Source of the DNA: Octopus bimaculoides
Lineage: Eukaryota
DNA: 54,546 nucleotides
NCBI RefSeq assembly: GCF_001194135.2
Contig: NC_068985.1
Span: forward strand, 26,347,604-26,402,149
Reading direction: 5' to 3'
Of the stretch, positions 46,991 to 54,546 are shown one piece after another; position 1 is the stretch's first letter, and each line of letters begins with the position of its first letter. The notes below the pieces were generated by a model, which was given only the letters and a program-made list of their open reading frames with translations, was not told the DNA's origin and did not search any database. A program made the position numbers and the translations under genes.

Positions 46991-49900
46991 CGACACCATG
47001 GTTGAGAAACAAACACTCATAACTATTTTCTTTTAAAACTTCATTGCATTATATTGATACCATGAAATTCCTCGAATTGAGCTTAATTAAAATATAGTTT
47101 GTTTTTAAGCTTAATTAAAATGTAGTTTGTTTTTAAAATAAAAAAAAAAGCTAATTATACTTGAATCCAATTTTTTGCCTTACTTATATTATTTTTCATG
47201 ATATTTTACCTCAACTTTTTTGATTCAAAGTTTTGCTGCATGGGACCAAAACTATGGAATTCTTCATGCTTTCTTCTATTATTGAGGCTAAGATAAATAT
47301 ATTTTGCTTTTGAAATAAAAAAAGTTATTTAGATCTAAACTTGACTGGAGGTGTTACTTACTCACCTGTAATGTTGCTACAAATTTTGATGTAAACTTTT
47401 TTTCTATTGGACCAAATCTCAAATTTTTATGCCAAAATGTAGCTAAGGACTAGTCCTCTTCAAAAATGTTAAGAGTTTTCAATTTGGATAAGAACTGAAT
47501 TAGTGACAAAGTCTGAAAGATGCTACAGGTGAGTAAATTGCAGCCTTAAGAATATTATTCAACTCCTACCATAGTTGAATGATTCAGTATATCTGATCCA
47601 TTGTATGGCTCTGGCAGTGTAACTATATAGCTTAAGTAGGTATGGCAGTTGACATCAACTCTTATTTCCAATGACATGTAAATTATGTGTTTATCATGTG
47701 TTTCAGCGAATTAGAACTAATTGTTCATGTGATAAGTTCCAGTGACAACCTTATAAAGAGAGCCTTTTGGCACAAGAAGTCAGAAAAATTTCAGATTTCT
47801 TTCATTAGAGTCTTCAACAAATTCCGCTCTCATTGCTGTTTTCAGAAATTCATACTCAAACCAGCATGATTTTCCTAATAGCTTTTTTCACATCTCTATT
47901 CCAACTCAGAGATGATGAAGAATCAACACCATACATTTTTGCTGCAATGTGATGATCAGTTTTATCACTAATTATCTATGAAGACCTTCAACTCCTGTAA
48001 AATACAATGTTCATATAATTTTGATGCTGTCTCTATTTGATAAAGCCCCGTAAGAAGAAAAATGTAACAATAAATTTGTATATAAACTGCCACTAAGTCT
48101 TGTCATAACAACACTACATAAGAATTCTAAGCAGCTTAATTAGGGATTTGTTGATGTATGTTAATTTATTACACTTGGTATCACAGTTCCATGTACATAA
48201 TTCAGTCATTTAGATAATTCACCTAATTCCACTGGACAAGAGTGTAGGTTTTTGTTTCCGTCTTTTCATAAATTTCTGTATTAACACATACTCTTCATTG
48301 TGTAGGAGTTAAAACCGGTTCTGCATACCAGTTAGGTAGTGAATTGTTAATTTAGGATATATCACTTAACTTTCATCAGTTTAGTTTCCTGCTTGGTTTT
48401 AGCTTTAGCATTCCCACATTACTAATCTGTCAATTCTTAAATTTATGCAGTTAAGAATTTCACTAAGCTAATATTCAGGTTGGTTTTTCTATTACATATG
48501 TGAATTTTCTCTTTTTGTTCTGCTAATTTCAGGTTTTTACACCAACCTGAATGCATCTATGAGTGTAATTTCACCATCATGTTGACTGGATATGTTTGTT
48601 ATAGACAGTTTCATAAATGTACCTAATAACTTCTGTTTCAATTGTTCTTTTGCCACAGATATTCATAATATCCTTCAAACAGTTTGAACCTAAATGGCTT
48701 CAAAGGCAGGAGGAGGGTGAGAAGGTGTCTATGTCTATCCACTACTACAAAGGCACCTAAAGCAATTGGTGAAGGCAAGGTACATGTTACCAAAATATTG
48801 TTGATATTACTTGATATCACACATAATTTTTGTGCTATGATCATGAGCAAGTTATTGAATGGTTAAAAAGGCATGGACTTTTTTCTGAGTAAAAAAAAAT
48901 CTCTAAATTAGATAAAAGAAATCAATATAATCATCACATACTGTTGAAAAAGTATTTACAAAATTTCTTTAAAAATAGGTATTATTAAAAGATATGAGGT
49001 AATAAGTTTGCGGAGAGACACCAGATTGTTGTTATGCAGGATACAACTCCAGTTATATAAATTTTGAATAGTTTTTACAAGCCCTATTTGGCAATTGTTT
49101 CCAATGAATACTGCAGTAAAATAATTGAACTTGGCAAGAATGTTGACAAAATGCATAATAAATTCATGCAGGATAAAATTAGATAAAAAGCCATAAACAT
49201 AATGATGAAATGGTGAAATCCTACAATATTTTCTAATTACTTCTTTTTTAAATTGGATCTAATTTATGAACATTAATTGTTTTTAATTGGGCTAAATTGT
49301 TACTTATAAGCAAATTATAATGAAGCTGGAACAACTGAAAACAAGTCAAAAATTTTCAGGGGTTTCTTTAGACTAAAGCTTTTTGTTGTGACTTTCTTCT
49401 TTTGCTGAACCGCTAAGTTACGGGAACGAAAACACACCAGCATCAGTTGTCAAGCGATGTTGGTGGGGACAAACACAGACACGCAAACATATACACACAC
49501 AAACATATATATACATATATACGACGGCCTTCTTTCAGTTTTCGTCTACCAAATCCACTCACAAGGCTTTGGTCGGCCTGAGGCTATAGTAGAAGACACT
49601 TGCCCGAAACCATGTACTTGGTAAGCAAGCTACTTACCACGCAGCCACTCCTACACCTATATGTATTAAATTATTTAATGACTGGGTTACCTTTCAGAAA
49701 CATTTGTTCATTATCTAAATGCAAAATGCTCCTAGGAATTTGAAAGGAATGTTAAGCTTTCATCCTCCTACAGAGCTGTATCCAGCTCTGATCTTGTGGC
49801 ATTATCCGATGAATATTATTAAACAAAGTAAAGTTCTTCTAGACAACTCAGATTAAGAGCTGTTGTGCTGTTCTCCATGAAGCAAGGTTGGCACACTCAA

Positions 49901-50154
49901 GAAATGGAACTGAATGAAAGGAAATGCATACATTTTAGGATACTTAAATTGTTCATGTTTTAGTTGCAAATATTTCCTTTTGTATAAATTAACATATTAA
50001 AGAGTAACAATACTTATTACTGTTATCTCTTGTCAATCCCTCACTATTTTTCAAGCATCTCCTCAGAATAGCTTATATAATTTGGTCCATCCCATGCAGT
50101 CAGCTTGTTTAATTTTTTTTTCAGCTGAATCACTTACATTTATGCATTTTTGTG

Positions 50155-50305
50155 TATGTATGTATGTATGTTTGTATGTATGTATGTATGTATGTTTGTA
50201 TGTATGTATGTATGTATGTATGTATGTATGTATGTATGTATGTATGTCTGTCTGTATGTATGTATGTATGTATGCATGTATGTATGAATGTATGTATGTA
50301 TGTGT
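50155..50305 (+). repeat. (TATG)n microsatellite
   Basis: Direct reading. Other microsatellites include (TATC)n near 7110-7165 and 45300-45327 and (TG)n near 30296-30331. Confidence 0.95.
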
Positions 50306-50491
50306 TTGTGTGTGTATGTAAGTATATATATATACATACACAAATATACATTTATGTACATAAACACATACATATACTTACTCAAATATACATACATACA
50401 CACACAAATATACATAAATACACACACATATAAACTCATACATACATGCACAAAAATGCATAAACACAAGTCATTCAGTTGAAAAAATGAA

Positions 50492-51327
50492 NNNNNNNNN
50501 NNNNNNNNNNNNNNNNNNNNNNNNNNNNNNNNNNNNNNNNNNNNNNNNNNNNNNNNNNNNNNNNNNNNNNNNNNNNNNNNNNNNNNNNNNNNNNNNNNNN
50601 NNNNNNNNNNNNNNNNNNNNNNNNNNNNNNNNNNNNNNNNNNNNNNNNNNNNNNNNNNNNNNNNNNNNNNNNNNNNNNNNNNNNNNNNNNNNNNNNNNNN
50701 NNNNNNNNNNNNNNNNNNNNNNNNNNNNNNNNNNNNNNNNNNNNNNNNNNNNNNNNNNNNNNNNNNNNNNNNNNNNNNNNNNNNNNNNNNNNNNNNNNNN
50801 NNNNNNNNNNNNNNNNNNNNNNNNNNNNNNNNNNNNNNNNNNNNNNNNNNNNNNNNNNNNNNNNNNNNNNNNNNNNNNNNNNNNNNNNNNNNNNNNNNNN
50901 NNNNNNNNNNNNNNNNNNNNNNNNNNNNNNNNNNNNNNNNNNNNNNNNNNNNNNNNNNNNNNNNNNNNNNNNNNNNNNNNNNNNNNNNNNNNNNNNNNNN
51001 NNNNNNNNNNNNNNNNNNNNNNNNNNNNNNNNNNNNNNNNNNNNNNNNNNNNNNNNNNNNNNNNNNNNNNNNNNNNNNNNNNNNNNNNNNNNNNNNNNNN
51101 NNNNNNNNNNNNNNNNNNNNNNNNNNNNNNNNNNNNNNNNNNNNNNNNNNNNNNNNNNNNNNNNNNNNNNNNNNNNNNNNNNNNNNNNNNNNNNNNNNNN
51201 NNNNNNNNNNNNNNNNNNNNNNNNNNNNNNNNNNNNNNNNNNNNNNNNNNNNNNNNNNNNNNNNNNNNNNNNNNNNNNNNNNNNNNNNNNNNNNNNNNNN
51301 NNNNNNNNNNNNNNNNNNNNNNNNNNN
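50492..51327. other. Assembly gap
   Basis: N run. Confidence 1.
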
Positions 51328-51839
51328 ATATATATATATATATATATATAATAGCGTGCAAACCTTCGATGCAACCTTCTCCAATGCAGATCTTCAATGC
51401 AGATCTCTGAGGCAACCTTCTCCAATGTATATTTTCGATGCAGCCTTGACCAATAGTATCCCTTAGGAGGGGTTAGGATTAGTCGCTGCCTTTTAAGGCT
51501 CCTGAGCCCCCTTTTACTAGGTTAGCTTAGGCTTAGGTTAAGGCTTAGTTGTGATCCGAACATAACCTCTTCTAACACAGAGGATCGGGAGCTCTTTTGG
51601 GTGTTCTATTTTCCTTGCTGGAAGGGGTCCCAACCCATGGGCCAAGAGGGTTAGATGATGGGGTGGTGGTTTCGAAAGGGCCAGCATGTACAACCTGATC
51701 ACCCCTGCCGGTCAAACTCCCAATCCATGCGTTCCCATCGCGACGCTGATTCTGCAGAAGTGGGTTGGGAGTGAAAACCAACTTTAAAGTATAAATATAG
51801 ATTTTTTGAATCAGCAATGTTGTGTTTGGTTAAGTCCTA

Positions 51840-52295
51840 TTTGGGGTGAAAAATCAATAAAATGATTCCTTATAGGGTTTTCCATTCAATCAGGACGAAA
51901 AATCAATAAACCGATTTCTTGTAGGATTTCTCACTAAAATTTTCAACCATTTTCAAAAATTTTCAACACCCCATTTTCAACCATAACTTTTACCAATTTT
52001 GTTCAAACTTGATGCCAGCGTTACTCAGGACTCATGAGATCGTTGAATGCTTTAAGTTCTCCAAAATATATAAAAAAAAAACAACAATCGATGAGTGGAA
52101 AAATCCATAAACCAATTCCTTATGGGATTTCCCAATAAAATTGTCTGCAACCCATTTTCAGCAAAACGTTTACCAATTTCAACGGATTTCGCTCAAATCT
52201 GATGTCGGTGTTACTTAGTTTGGTTTGAAACAAAGCGCTTGATTAACTTAATAATCCTAACTTAATTCCGGGCAACGTCGGGCTATACTGCTCGT
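51840..52295 (+). mobile_element. Helitron-like 3' end
   Basis: Subterminal hairpin-like CCGGGCAACGTCGGG followed by a CTCGT terminus (variant of CTAG|T); repeated AAATCAATAAA...GATT motifs upstream. Confidence 0.6.
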
Positions 52296-53897
52296 AAAAA
52301 AAAAACAACCTAAATTAGTGAGAATGGTCAAGGGAAAGAACTCTAAATGTCACGAAATAACTAATAAAATCATTAACCTACTTAATTTACGATTTGTAGA
52401 CCTATTTCACATTTTTTTTAGCTTCATCGACCAAACAAAATACTATTCTTAAACATCTAAATACCTTTATCACTCAACAACTATAATTAACAAAGATTGC
52501 ATTTGCTTGGCTGGAAAATTGTTACGTCACACGTGTATCCGGTTGCGTCGATCTAAATGTCGGAGTCATTTTGTCTCTGATCTCTTGTATATCGCTATCT
52601 TCCTTATTTTAAAAGTGAATATAAATTAGTTTCTTCTTATCTCATCAAATATCAGCACTTAAAGTAAGTAATATCGTTTTTAGACTATTAACTTGCTAAC
52701 TTTATTAATTTCAAGCTTCATTTGCTAACAACAGAAAATGTGCTTAATTGAACCTCAGTGCGTTTTTATTGATATTGCTGGTTATATTGACTCGTTTCAC
52801 AGCTTTTACGTATTTTACAAAGTTAGTGTATAGAATGAAGTAAAAAAACAAAATACAAAGTAATAGTTTTCAATTTAATGTATGCAAAATATAAAAATTA
52901 ACGTATTCCACATTTCTATCGTGTATATTGAACACTATGTCTGAATTTATTTAAATAGACGCAAAATTTGGAAATTGTCTGAATTTTATCAGTGATGTAA
53001 GATTTCATTAAATGAATTCTATAAGCATGTTTCTTTTAAAAATAAGTATTATACTATGTAAATTGTAAATCGGTATTTTGTAATTACTGTATTTTGTAAT
53101 AAGTACACCATTGACTTTGAATGTTGCGCAAGACTGACTGGATGCAACTCTGATTGTTAAATGTTACATCTAATGAAATAATCATACGTTGTTGTATAGT
53201 TCAAGTCAGCCTGGATCATGCAGAGCATCCTGTTTTTGTTTTTTTGGTCAAATGTGTTCTTTTAGTTTCAAGACAATCGGGTGTTATTAAAAGACATTTG
53301 GTTGCTATTTCTAGCTGGTCAAATGGACTTGTACTTTACAATTTACTTCCTCGTTAGCCTCGATCGAACAGACTTTATGGCCAAAGAAATGTCAGCCGTT
53401 ATGATTCCTTTTTGGCTTCTAAATAGTGTATCCGAAGCTATGCTATCCTATATGTCCCCCTTGTTTCATGACGGTGAAATTCGATAATCTGGCTGCTATT
53501 TTTATAGTATTTAGTTTTGTCAATTCCGATTCTGAGATAATAAGCAGTATCAGATAGGTTACATTTGTAGAATAAGCCTCATTGTAGCATTTTGGTTTGA
53601 AGTGACCAGCTGTGCTTTCGCACTTGGCGTGTGTATATGTGAGATACGAAGTGGAAGGGATAGATTTACTTATTGGTCAGTATCACTTGACATTTATTTT
53701 CATTTTCCAAGTAGAGTTTTCTTCTTATGTCATAAATTTATTTCGTTGTTTCAGAACATTTGTAGTTTGCCACATAGGGGTCTTTTCTGTTTAGCGTTCA
53801 CTTTTCAATTCCTTCAATTTTGTTCCAATTGATTTCAAATTTGGTTTATTGATGTAGTTTTGTAAGTTAATTATGGAGATAAAATTCATTTTTGCCA

Positions 53898-54190
53898 TCT
53901 GTATATATAAAGATGAGAATGTGTGTCTGTGTGAATCCCTAAAACTTGAGAACTACAAAACCAATTTCATTAAAATTTTACACATGCCTTACTTAGGGTC
54001 CATGTAGTGTCATAGGCCAAAATTTTAAAAAACTTCTTGCCTAGTGCGAGCCCAGAGCAATATCATATCTGCTCCACTATTTCAGTATTACATGTCAAAA
54101 GTGAAACAATAACATTTCTCTATTGTAATGTCAGATATTTTCACTTTAATAGTTTCATTTTAATACTGTAACTATTAAAGTGAAACTATT
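53898..54190 (+). mobile_element. Helitron-like 5' end
   Basis: A|TCTGTATATATAAAGATGAGAATGTGTGTCTGT start, typical of non-autonomous Helitrons; no 3' end resolved. Confidence 0.45.
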
Positions 54191-54253
54191 ATTTCAAATA
54201 TATACAGGCATACACACATATATACATACACACACACACACACACACATATAT

Positions 54254-54546
54254 AAACGTCATACACTCTCTCTTTCCTTTCCCGAGCGTCCAATAACACT
54301 ATCCGTATCACGTCCTCACTTTGTTGTTTTTTTGTTATTGTTTTTTTGAACTTATATATATATATATATCTCAATGTAACCTCGTGGGCATCGGTACCAT
54401 TTTCCTCTTTCTCCGTTCTTCCATTCTCCGAACTTTCCATCTTTCCGACGAAGGGCTACGCCCGAAACGTCATACACTCTCTCTTTCCTTTACTGAGTGT
54501 CCAATAACACTATCCGTATCACGTCCTCACTTTGTTGTTTTTTTGA
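54254..54546 (+). repeat. Tandem direct repeat (Penelope pLTR-like) with a degenerate hammerhead core
   Basis: An about 80-bp unit AAACGTCATACACTCTCTC...CTTTGTTGTTTTTT starts at 54254 and 54465. CCGACGA-A-GGGC-TAC-GCCC-GAAACGTC lies at 54445-54471. Confidence 0.6.

Noticed and set aside
47600-48900. Decayed protein-coding sequence on the minus strand
   Set aside because: All frames have frequent stops and I could not recognise any protein family.
50063-51425. Long ORFs in the track (MYVC/HTYI repeats, poly-X)
   Set aside because: They are translations of (TATG)n microsatellites and N gaps, as are the ORFs at 16536-16845, 19234-19930 and 33039-33404.

Overview
AT-rich eukaryotic genomic scaffold with four N gaps. 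The SINE/MITE content, microsatellite load and intron sizes suggest an octopod cephalopod (inference). Two intron-containing genes can be assembled by hand with in-phase GT-AG junctions, and they are convergent. On the + strand is a cathepsin D-type lysosomal aspartic protease (ATG 8359; 8 shared exons plus two alternative, duplicated terminal exons at 31479-31643 and 32436-32597; 389 or 388 aa). On the - strand is SDHAF2 (4 exons, 46023 to 34590, 150 aa). The rest is mostly decayed transposable elements: Gypsy RNase H and integrase fragments with LTR-like pieces, an R4/Dong-type LINE 3' end, a mariner and a Tigger/pogo pseudo-transposase, hAT, Merlin-like and piggyBac-like MITEs, Helitron/Helentron ends and many tRNA-derived SINEs. 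Two observations stand out. (1) The duplicated last exon of cathepsin D appears old and under purifying selection, and it changes the proline loop region. (2) Three unrelated fold-back repeats each carry a divergent pair of minimal type I hammerhead-ribozyme-like motifs, including a G3:C8 covariant core and a tRNA-headed copy just upstream of the alternative exon. All alignments and folds were done by eye; no searches were run.
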